This document shows positions 33,701 to 40,646 of a stretch of DNA of 64,000 nucleotides, piece after piece. The position numbers were made by a program, and so were the translations under genes. A model generated the notes under the pieces. It was not told the origin of the DNA. It ran no database searches and saw only the letters and a program-made list of their open reading frames with translations. The stretch comes from Mycobacteriales bacterium. GTDB lineage: Bacteria; Actinomycetota; Actinomycetes; Mycobacteriales; JACQDL01. The stretch spans positions 5,139 to 69,138 of the forward strand of contig DATILL010000150.1 of assembly GCA_035476575.1 (NCBI GenBank). The letters run 5' to 3'. The stretch's first letter is position 1; each line of letters opens with the position of its first letter.

Positions 33701-34261
33701 ATGCCGTTTCGGCCGGCGCCGATGGCCCGGCGTGGCACCGCCTTCCATGCCTGGCTGGAGGAGCGGTACGGCGGCGAGCGGCTGCTGGACCTGGCCGAGC
33801 TGCCCGGTGCGGCCGATGACGAGGCCGCGCCGGACACCGACCTGGAGCTGCTGCAGGAGCGGTTCCTGGCCAGCGAGTGGGCGGACCGGTCGCCGGTCGA
33901 GGTGGAGGTGCCGTTCGAGGCGGTGCTCGGCGGGCTGGTGGTGCGCGGCCGGATGGACGCCGTGTTCGCCGAGCCCGACGGCGGGTTCACTGTGGTCGAC
34001 TGGAAGACCGGCGCCCGGCCGACCGGCGCCGCTGCCCGGGCCGCCGCCGTACAGCTCGCGGCGTACCGGCTGGCCTGGGCGGCGCTGGCCGGCGTACCGC
34101 TGGACCAGGTGCGCGCCGCGTTCCACTACGTGCGGTCGGGGGTGACGGTGCGGCCGGTTGACCTGCTGGACGCGGCCGGGCTGCGTGCCCTGACTGAGCA
34201 GCTCCCCGCCGCACCGGACCAACCCCAACAGGTCACCACACGGCGGCCGGCGACAACGTGA
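30734..34261 (+). CDS. adnB: helicase-nuclease AdnB-like subunit
   Basis: 1175 aa: AGAGSGKTETM, LLDEFQDTGHSQ, VHAAKGLEWD, and a C-terminal PD-(D/E)xK-like region (GRMDAVF..VVDWKTG). Confidence 0.85.
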   Translation: MTVELVRDATFPHPPLIGPAELAAALGLHPPTAEQEAVIAAPLAPAVVVAGAGSGKTETMSARVVWLVANGYVRPDEVLGLTFTNKAAAELAGRIRIRLAQLARNGLSTDTDGEPTVLTYHAYAGRLAAEHALRLAVEPTSRLLTGALSWQLAARVVRRYDGELPSLDVAESTVLGYLLDLAGELAEHLVGEADLRAWTAAFRDRVEGLPAGPRYKQPSAKMRAILAAADARCELLPLVAAYQRAKREATAMDFGDQMSLAARIAVGFGEVGRAERARYRAVLLDEFQDTGHSQLVLLRALFGGAVDGCSHPVTAVGDPCQSIYGWRGASAGNLTRFPAHFPASDGAPAAVLPLSTSFRNDRRILAAANLLSTELRAAGLGSAGSGAARSGGAGSGGAGRAGEQRAEVGVLTPGPAAGDGRVRAALLPTVADEAAWLADRIAALWTADAPRRARPYAGRGGSSGSPAGGRGGEPSGGRSIAVLCRRRSQFQRVAAELRARGVPVELVGLGGLLATPEVRDVVSTLRVLSDPSAGDAVVRLLTGARWRLGPRDLAALGRRARELAHARPGHPAGPGSTAGTPEPDVRPAPDVADDASLVEALDDPGPAASYSPAGHRRLLALRRELAGLRRRVGQPLPELVAEVERALLLDIEVGIRGSAGRVHLDRFLDVAARFAEDAEVATLGAFLGYLEAAESTERGLEAGVVEVNADRVQVLTVHAAKGLEWDVVAVPGLTLGVFPDRDAVTGSGWAADPAALPYPLRGDADDLPDLDPAAADDQAELEQLRVDFVRACKDRGEREERRLAYVAVTRARRLLLCSGYWWDDATKPRGPSPFLTELRPVAEVDTWADPPGPEETNPLLVVRREAPWPYDPLGGRRADVDVGAELVRAALAGLAEAGAGRPAPVEAAEPTLAPAPAPAPAPDDGALLAREEVTAAGWRREADLLLAERAARVATGGRVDVPLPAHLSVSALVALAADAAELARRIRRPMPFRPAPMARRGTAFHAWLEERYGGERLLDLAELPGAADDEAAPDTDLELLQERFLASEWADRSPVEVEVPFEAVLGGLVVRGRMDAVFAEPDGGFTVVDWKTGARPTGAAARAAAVQLAAYRLAWAALAGVPLDQVRAAFHYVRSGVTVRPVDLLDAAGLRALTEQLPAAPDQPQQVTTRRPATT
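31861..31940 (+). repeat. G-rich imperfect tandem repeat inside adnB (nine G-runs, one G8 homopolymer)
   Basis: GGGTTGGGAAGTGCTGGGTCGGGGGCCGCTAGGTCGGGGGGGGCTGGGTCGGGGGGCGCGGGGCGGG. It encodes the low-complexity insert LGSAGSGAARSGGAGSGGAGRAG. Confidence 0.8.
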
Positions 34262-34339
34262 GGTCACCACAACGCCGAGTGGTGACCACACGGGCGGTGC
34301 GGGCAACGATAGGTCACCACAACGCCGAGTGGTCACCAC
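34231..34339 (-). repeat. dispersed hairpin repeat family, locus B (reverse orientation): two full units at 50-bp period plus a partial unit
   Basis: GGTCACCACAACGCCGAGTGGTGACCAC (34262-34289) and GGTCACCACAACGCCGAGTGGTCACCAC (34312-34339). A partial GGTCACCACA at 34231 lies in the adnB 3' end. Confidence 0.9.
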
Positions 34340-34552
34340 ACGGGGAGGCCGGCGGGCTGCCCGGGCAAGTAAGGGGCGCGGCCGAGGGAGGGGCTCTCGA
34401 CCGCGCCTTCCCACATGGTGACATCCTCTGGCCGATCGCGCTGCAACATCCCGGGGAGTATCCAGAGAGCCGGGCCAAATGGTGGGGATTTCACACCCGA
34501 TCGGAGCTGTGCTGGGGTGTTTGCGCCGCAACTGCGCTGCCCGGGCTGGCCT

Positions 34553-35926
34553 CTACCGGGTCGCCGAGGCTGCAGCATACCTCTGGTCGGAGCCGGCCGC
34601 GCCGCCGTCCTCCGGCCGAGCCGTCGACGGGGGTGGCGCGGGGCGCTGGCCAGCCCGTTTCGACCACGCTGTCGACGGCGCCTCGACGTAGCGGTACATC
34701 AGCGCGGCGCAGCCGAACGCGACAACCAGCGCGATCACCGCCTCGACGATCCGTCCGGCCGGCGCCGGCATGGTGCCGCGCAGCAGGCTGAACGTCGTCT
34801 GGAAGATCGGCAGATGCACCAGGTACAGCGAGTACGATCGCTCGCCGACCCAGGCCAGCCCTGGCACCGTCGGCCGCCATGACCGCAGCGGCCATGACCG
34901 CGGTCGCCACCATCTCGGCGGCCGTCCCGCCTGGCCCCGTTCGGCCGCTCCCCGTTCGGCCGTCCGCCGTTCGGCGGCAAGGCAGGAGCACAGCAGCAGA
35001 AAGAACGCGGCGCCGGCCGCCGGGTCCCAGACCAGGTCGGTCAGCGCCACCGGATGCCCGCCCAGCGACCCGAACCCGGCCCGGTGGTGGAACAGCCACC
35101 ACACGCCGTACAGGCTGAGCAAGGCGGTCACCCGGGAGGTCAGCGCCTGCGGAAGCCGCTGGCGGCCGACATACCACTCCGCCGCCACCGCGCCGAGCAG
35201 CCATTCGACGATCCGGGCCGGCGCCTGCTGGTACAGCAGGGTGGCCACCCAGGTCCGCTCCGGACCCAGCGGCAGCAGGCTCTTCGGCACCGACGGCATG
35301 ACCAGCATGGCGCCGGCCCGCCAGGCCAGCGTGATCCCGAGACCCACCAGCAGCCAGGTCAGCGGCCTGGTCCGGCGCAGCCAGCGCATCGCCCCGGCGT
35401 AGATGAGGTAGAGGTGCTCCTCCAGCGCCAGGCTCCAGGTGACCATCAGCCAGCCGGCCGGCAGCACCGTGGCCCCCACCACGGTCAGGTGCACGCAGGC
35501 CAGCATCCACACCGGCATCGGGCTGCCGGTGAACCCCCACGTGGCGTGCGCCGAGCTGTGCCGCACCACGCCGTTCAGGCCGATCAGGCAGAGGGCGAGG
35601 CAGACCGCCACGAGGTACGCCGGATGCAGCCGGAGGAACCGCCGCAGCAGGAACTGCCCGGCCCGAAACTCCCCGCCCGCCGCCACCCGTAGATGGATCG
35701 AGAAGCCGGAGAGCACCAGGAACAGGCTGACCCCGAGGAACCCGACCGCCCGCACCTCCCGCAGCGGCGCCAGCCACGGCGTGGCGTCGACCCAGCCGCC
35801 GGTGTCGAGGTGGTGCATCAGGACGAGCAGGACGGCCACTCCACGCAGCGCATCCACGGCACGAGAACGGCGCACGACACCTCCGGGAACGGGACCATAC
35901 CGAGCCCGCCGGCCCGTGCCCAACAC
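34553..35926 (-). CDS. acyltransferase family 3 membrane protein
   Basis: AVDALRGVAVLLVLMHHL..FLGVSLFLVLSGFSI..RRFLRLHPAY, multi-TM. The start is uncertain (GTG 35926, TTG 35923 or GTG 35875). Further upstream it would collide with the divergent peptidase gene. Confidence 0.75.
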   Translation of the reverse strand: MLGTGRRARYGPVPGGVVRRSRAVDALRGVAVLLVLMHHLDTGGWVDATPWLAPLREVRAVGFLGVSLFLVLSGFSIHLRVAAGGEFRAGQFLLRRFLRLHPAYLVAVCLALCLIGLNGVVRHSSAHATWGFTGSPMPVWMLACVHLTVVGATVLPAGWLMVTWSLALEEHLYLIYAGAMRWLRRTRPLTWLLVGLGITLAWRAGAMLVMPSVPKSLLPLGPERTWVATLLYQQAPARIVEWLLGAVAAEWYVGRQRLPQALTSRVTALLSLYGVWWLFHHRAGFGSLGGHPVALTDLVWDPAAGAAFFLLLCSCLAAERRTAERGAAERGQAGRPPRWWRPRSWPLRSWRPTVPGLAWVGERSYSLYLVHLPIFQTTFSLLRGTMPAPAGRIVEAVIALVVAFGCAALMYRYVEAPSTAWSKRAGQRPAPPPSTARPEDGGAAGSDQRYAAASATR

Positions 35927-35991
35927 GCCCCACGGCGGTTCCCCCGCCCTGCAAGTGAGCGATCGGCCGTTCGCGGGATAATCTCGGCGAC

Positions 35992-37296
35992 GTGCCGACG
36001 CTGAAGCTGCCCGCTCCGACCTACCCACTGGAGCGCAGTGCCCTGCCCAACGGGCTCCGGGTGCTGCTCGCGCCGGACCGCGCCGCCCCCGTCGTGGGCA
36101 TCGCGGTCTACTACGACGTCGGCATCCGGTCTGAGCCGGAAGGCCGCACCGGGTTCGCACACCTGTTCGAGCATCTGATGTTCCAGGGCTCGCGGAACCT
36201 GGAGAAGCTGGCACACTTCCGGTACGTGCAGTCCTCCGGCGGCACCTTCAACGGCTCGACCCATCTCGACTACACCAACTACTACGAGGTTCTGCCGAGC
36301 AACGCGCTGGAGCGGGGGCTGTTCCTGGAGGCGGACCGGATGCGCGCCCCCACGATCACCGAGGAGAACCTGGCCAACCAGATCTCGGTGGTCAAGGAGG
36401 AGATCCGGGTCAACGTGCACAACCGGCCGTACGGCGGGTTCCCGTGGCTGGCGCTGCCCCCGGTGCTGTTCGAGACCTTCCCCAACGCGCACGATGGCTA
36501 CGGCTCGTTCGACGACCTCGAGGCGGCCACACTGGACGACGCCCGGCAGTTCTTCACCGACTACTACGCGCCGGCCAACGCCGTGCTCTGCGTGGCCGGC
36601 GACATCGACCCGGAGCAGGCGTTCGCGCTGGCCGAGCGGCACTTCGGCGACATCCCGGCCCGCCCGACGCCGCTGCGGCCGGACTTCACCGAGCCCGACC
36701 TGACCGCCGAGCGGCGGGTCACGCACACCGACAAGCTGGCGCCCAACCCGGCGCTGGCCGCCGCCTGGCGGGTGCCCGACCCGGTCGGCGCGCTCGGTGA
36801 CTACCTGCCGTTCGTGGTGCTGGCCGAGGTGCTCGGCGACGGTGACGCCTCCCGGCTGCAGCAGCGGCTGGTCCGCAAGGACCGCACTGCCACCGAGGTG
36901 AACGCCTACCTGTCGATGTTGGGTGACCCGTTCGACGTGCGGGACCCCACCGCGTTCCTGCTGCAGGCCCATTACACCCCGGCCAGCTCAGCCGACGCCG
37001 TGCTGGCCACGGTGGACGACGAGCTGGCCATGCTGGCGACGGACGGGCTGCGTCAGGGCGAGCTGGACCGGGTCAAGGCCCGGATCGCTGCCCAGCTCCT
37101 GCGCGACGTGGACGCCGTGCTCGGCCGCACCCTGGCGCTGGCCGCGTTCGAGCAGCAGCACGGCCGGGCCGAGCTGCTCGCCGAGCTCCCTGTCCTGATC
37201 GGCGCGGTGACGGCCGAGCAGATCGCGGCCGCTGCCGCCACCCTCGTTCCCAACCGGCGCGCCGTCGTCGAGCTCGTTCCCGGAGGCGCCCAGTGA
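35992..37296 (+). CDS. M16 family zinc peptidase (active-site subunit)
   Basis: 434 aa with the inverted zincin motif GFAHLFEHLMFQGS. GTGA overlap with the next gene. Confidence 0.85.
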   Translation: MPTLKLPAPTYPLERSALPNGLRVLLAPDRAAPVVGIAVYYDVGIRSEPEGRTGFAHLFEHLMFQGSRNLEKLAHFRYVQSSGGTFNGSTHLDYTNYYEVLPSNALERGLFLEADRMRAPTITEENLANQISVVKEEIRVNVHNRPYGGFPWLALPPVLFETFPNAHDGYGSFDDLEAATLDDARQFFTDYYAPANAVLCVAGDIDPEQAFALAERHFGDIPARPTPLRPDFTEPDLTAERRVTHTDKLAPNPALAAAWRVPDPVGALGDYLPFVVLAEVLGDGDASRLQQRLVRKDRTATEVNAYLSMLGDPFDVRDPTAFLLQAHYTPASSADAVLATVDDELAMLATDGLRQGELDRVKARIAAQLLRDVDAVLGRTLALAAFEQQHGRAELLAELPVLIGAVTAEQIAAAAATLVPNRRAVVELVPGGAQ

Positions 37297-38705
37297 ACGG
37301 CGGAACAGCAAACGGCGGAACAGTGAACGGCGGGGGAACGAGCGGCGGGGGAACGAGCGGCGGGACAGTGAACGGCGGGAGCGCGCTCAGGCGTCCGGTG
37401 CCGCCGCTCGGGCCGCCGCCGCAGACCAGCCAGCCGACCTCGACCGAGCGCCAGCTCGCCGACGGGCTGACCGTGGTCGCGGTCCGCCGGCCCGGCGTCC
37501 CGCTGGTCGAGCTGCGGCTGCGCATCCCGTTCGGCAGCACCGTGCCGTCCCACCCGGCCCAGTCCAGCCTGCTTGGTGAGACCATGCTGACCGGCACCCC
37601 TCGGCACAGCCAGGTTGAGCTGGCCGAGGCCGTGCAGGCGCTCGGCGGGCATCTGTCGGTCGGCACCGACTCCGACCGGCTGCTGATCGGCGGGGCGGTG
37701 CTGGCGGACGGCCTGCCGACGCTGCTCGACCTGGTTGCCGAGGTGGTGACCGAGGCGACGTACCCGGCCGGCGAGGTGGAGGTGGAGCGGGACCGGCTGG
37801 TCGAGCACCTGTCCATCGCCCGGTCCCAGCCGTCCGTGCTGGCCCGCGAGGCGCTGCGCCGCCGGATGTATGGCGATCATCCGTACGCCCACGAGATCCC
37901 GGAGGCGGCGGCGGTGGCGGAGACCACGCCGGACCAGCTCCGCGCCCTGCATGCCAGCCGGGTGGTGCCGGCCGGCGCGACCCTGGTGCTGGTGGGTGAC
38001 CTGCAGCCGGACCGGCTGCTGGACCGGGTCGAGGCCGCCCTGGCCGACTGGAAGGTCGAGGGCACGCCGACGCCGCTGCCGCCGCTGCCCCCGGTGCGGC
38101 CGGCGGTGACCGAGCTGGTGCACCGGGCCGGCGCCGTCCAGTCCTCGATCCGGCTCGGCGGTGCGGCGCCCCGCCGCGACGACCCGGCGTACCCGGCCCT
38201 GCACCTGGCCAACCTCGTCTTCGGCGGCTACTTCTCCTCCCGGCTGGTGGAGAACATCCGCGAGGACAAGGGCTACACCTACAGCCCGCACAGCCGGATC
38301 GACCACGGCGCCGCCGGCTCCACCCTGGTCGTCGACGCGGACGTGGCGAACGACGTCACCGCTCCGGCGCTGCTGGAGATGTGGTACGAGCTGGGCCGGA
38401 TGGCCACCCTGCCGGTCAGCGCGAGCGAGCTGGACGACGTCCGGCAGTACGCCGTCGGCACGCTGGCCATGTCCACCGCGACCCAGGCCGGACTGGCGTC
38501 CATGCTGTCCGCCCTGGCCGGCACCGGGCTCGGCCTGGACTGGCTGCGGGAGTACCCGGGCAAGCTGGCCGCGGTGACGGTGGGGGAGGCGTTCGAGGTG
38601 GCCCAGGCGGTGCTCGCCCCGGCCGGGCTGGTCACCGTCGTGCTCGGAGACGCCGACCAGGTCGCATCCGGGCTGGCGGTCCTCGGCCCGGTCGAACGCC
38701 GGTGA
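37293..38705 (+). CDS. M16 family peptidase-like subunit (no HxxEH seen)
   Basis: 470 aa: LTVVAVRRPGVPLVELRLRIPFG.. Peptidase_M16 C-terminal-like. The N-terminus is a tandem NGGT(A/V) repeat. Confidence 0.8.
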   Translation: MNGGTANGGTVNGGGTSGGGTSGGTVNGGSALRRPVPPLGPPPQTSQPTSTERQLADGLTVVAVRRPGVPLVELRLRIPFGSTVPSHPAQSSLLGETMLTGTPRHSQVELAEAVQALGGHLSVGTDSDRLLIGGAVLADGLPTLLDLVAEVVTEATYPAGEVEVERDRLVEHLSIARSQPSVLAREALRRRMYGDHPYAHEIPEAAAVAETTPDQLRALHASRVVPAGATLVLVGDLQPDRLLDRVEAALADWKVEGTPTPLPPLPPVRPAVTELVHRAGAVQSSIRLGGAAPRRDDPAYPALHLANLVFGGYFSSRLVENIREDKGYTYSPHSRIDHGAAGSTLVVDADVANDVTAPALLEMWYELGRMATLPVSASELDDVRQYAVGTLAMSTATQAGLASMLSALAGTGLGLDWLREYPGKLAAVTVGEAFEVAQAVLAPAGLVTVVLGDADQVASGLAVLGPVERR

Positions 38706-39649
38706 TCCCGGCCCTCGCGCGGGGCACGCACGACCGGGCGGCGCACCGGCGGGGCGATGAGGAGTGGCTGGCCGCCGCCTGGGCGCGGGCGAAGGTGCTG
38801 GTGGTGGCGCCGGACGGCACCGTACCGGTCCTCGACTCCGCCGCCGGCCCCCGGCTCCGCTACGTCGAACCCTCCACCGTGGACGGCGCCGGCGGCCGGT
38901 GCTTCCTCGGTGAGCACGGTGGTACGCCGTACTTCGCGGTGCCGGCCGACGCCGCCGGCGCGGCGGCTGGGCAGGTGCCGGCCGGCTGGCGCGGCCTGCG
39001 CGAGGTCGGCGCCGAGCTTGCCGACCTGGAGGCCGGGCTGCTGGCGACCGCGGTGGCGCTGGTCGGCTGGCACGCCCGGCACCCGCGCTGCCCGCGCTGT
39101 GGCGAGCCGACCGAGGTGACCGAGGCCGGCTGGAGCCGGCAGTGCGCGCGGGACGGCTCGCAGCATTGGCCGCGCACCGACCCAGCGGTGATCATGCTGG
39201 TGCACGACGGGGCGGACCGGTGCATCCTCGGCCGGAAGGTGGTCTGGCCGCTCGGGCGGTACTCGATCCTGGCCGGGTTCGTCGAGCCGGGGGAGTCGCT
39301 GGAGGCCGCGGTGGCCCGCGAGGTCGCCGAGGAGGTCGGCGTCGCGGTCACCGACATCCGTTACCTCGCCTCGCAGCCCTGGCCGTTCCCGGCATCGCTG
39401 ATGCTCGGCTTCTCCGCCCGGGTGGTCGGCGACCCGACGCCGCGGGTGGACGGCACCGAGCTGGCGGAGGCGCGCTGGTTCACCCGGGACGAGATCCGCG
39501 GCGGCACCATCCGGCTGCCGCCCCTCGCCTCCATCGCGCACGCCATCATCGCCACCTGGCTGACCGCCCCCGCCGGCCCCAGCGGTGCGGCGGGGCTCAG
39601 CGGTGCGGCGGGGCCAGCTCCGGCGGCAGCGGCACGGCCCGGTCGGTGA
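38702..39649 (+). CDS. nudC: NAD+ diphosphatase NudC (Nudix)
   Basis: 315 aa from GTG 38702 (GTGA overlap): CPRCGEPTE..C zinc ribbon and Nudix box GFVEPGESLEAAVAREVAEEVGV. Confidence 0.85.
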   Translation: MIPALARGTHDRAAHRRGDEEWLAAAWARAKVLVVAPDGTVPVLDSAAGPRLRYVEPSTVDGAGGRCFLGEHGGTPYFAVPADAAGAAAGQVPAGWRGLREVGAELADLEAGLLATAVALVGWHARHPRCPRCGEPTEVTEAGWSRQCARDGSQHWPRTDPAVIMLVHDGADRCILGRKVVWPLGRYSILAGFVEPGESLEAAVAREVAEEVGVAVTDIRYLASQPWPFPASLMLGFSARVVGDPTPRVDGTELAEARWFTRDEIRGGTIRLPPLASIAHAIIATWLTAPAGPSGAAGLSGAAGPAPAAAARPGR

Positions 39650-40043
39650 CCGACGCCACCACCTCACGGGCCAGGTCGTGCACCTTGCGGCCACGCGAGC
39701 GGGCCACCCGGCGCAGCCGCTCGAAGGCGTCCCGCGGGCCGATCCGGCGCCGCTCGGCCACCACGCCGATGGCCTGCTCGATGATGACCCGGGCGGTCAG
39801 CGCGTGCTCAAGCTGCCGCACAGCCAGCTTGAGCTGGTCGATCTCGCCCAGCGCATGGTCCGGCTTGGCCGGCCGCGGGCGCGGGACGAGGTCGTTGGCG
39901 AGCAGGTCGGCGAGCACCATGGCGCAGGTGAGATCCTCCGCCGGCGACTCGTTCTGCTCGGTGTCGCGGACCACCCAGCCATCCGGCGTACGTCGGATGA
40001 CGACGTCGCCGACCGCCGTAGGCGGGACCCCGCTCGGCGACAT
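39597..40043 (-). CDS. ANTAR domain-containing protein
   Basis: 148 aa from ATG 40043 (GGAGGTG 5 nt upstream): ..LTARVIIEQAIGVVAERRRIGPRDAFERLRRVARSRGRKVHDLAREVV. Confidence 0.75.
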   Translation of the reverse strand: MSPSGVPPTAVGDVVIRRTPDGWVVRDTEQNESPAEDLTCAMVLADLLANDLVPRPRPAKPDHALGEIDQLKLAVRQLEHALTARVIIEQAIGVVAERRRIGPRDAFERLRRVARSRGRKVHDLAREVVASVTDRAVPLPPELAPPHR

Positions 40044-40086
40044 CAGGTCACCTCCGTAACTGGATGGCACGCTGTGAATGGCCCGT

Positions 40087-40133
40087 GGCAGTGCGTCGTT
40101 TTGGCAGTGCGTCGTTCATGATCGAGATGAACG
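40087..40133. promoter_or_regulatory. direct repeat GGCAGTGCGTCGTT x2 (period 16) plus CGTTCAT-N7-ATGAACG inverted repeat upstream of the ANTAR gene
   Basis: Copies at 40087-40100 and 40103-40116, and an inverted repeat at 40113-40133. These lie 45-90 nt upstream of ATG 40043. Confidence 0.3.
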
Positions 40134-40235
40134 ATTGAGCCAACAGTATCTGTGCCCAGGGGGTAGGTAACGCAAGTCGACCGAAACTCCACCAAGAAAC
40201 CTTCGTTGGGCCGGCGTCGTTCGTGCCTGGTTGGC

Positions 40236-40487
40236 TCAGCTTGCCCGGCTCAGCCGCTGCCGCACCTGGTCCATCGTCGGGTTCGTCAGCGTGCTGCCGT
40301 CGGCGAAACGCAGAGTCGGCACGGTCTGGCTGCCGCCGTTAACGCTTGTCACAAAATCGGCTCCGATCGGGTCGTCCTCTATGTCGACCTCAAGGAACGC
40401 GACGCCGTCCCGGTCAAGCAGGCGCTTGAGCCGAATGCAGTAGCCGCACCACGTGGTGGTGTACATCGTCAGTGAACCGGCGTCCAC
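40236..40487 (-). CDS. mycoredoxin / glutaredoxin-like protein
   Basis: 83 aa from GTG 40487: VDAGSLTMYTTTWCGYCIRLKRLLDRDGVAFLEVDIEDDP..TVPTLRFADGS. Confidence 0.8.
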   Translation of the reverse strand: MDAGSLTMYTTTWCGYCIRLKRLLDRDGVAFLEVDIEDDPIGADFVTSVNGGSQTVPTLRFADGSTLTNPTMDQVRQRLSRAS

Positions 40488-40646
40488 GACCGGGACCGTC
40501 CTTCCAGGTGGTAGTCCGTGCTGGCTGTCCGGGACAGAACCGTCGCCGGCCGCGACGCCCGACGATCCGGATCCCGCCCACGTTTCCGGGCAACACTCAC
40601 GCCCCCGCGCACCTTCCATCCGGGTCGCCTGACAGGATGCGAGGTG

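Noticed and set aside
30404-34531. Very long antisense track ORFs: 1375 aa at 30404..34531(-), 945 aa at 27831..30668(-), 783 aa at 21491..23842(-), 708 aa at 54195..56321(-) and 936 aa at 6817..9627(+).
   Set aside because: They lie opposite well-supported conserved genes (adnA/B, ku/DUF3152, UPF0182, dnaK). Their products are Arg/Pro/Gly/Ala-rich and motif-free. These are typical shadow ORFs of high-GC DNA.
40525-40537. Palindrome CTGTCC-G-GGACAG in the mycoredoxin/uvrD2 divergent gap, as a possible SOS (LexA) or PafBC/RecA-independent damage motif. Also scanned upstream of adnA and ku.
   Set aside because: It does not resemble TCGAAC-N4-GTTCGA or the TGTCAGTG-type motif. A short isolated palindrome is not enough evidence.
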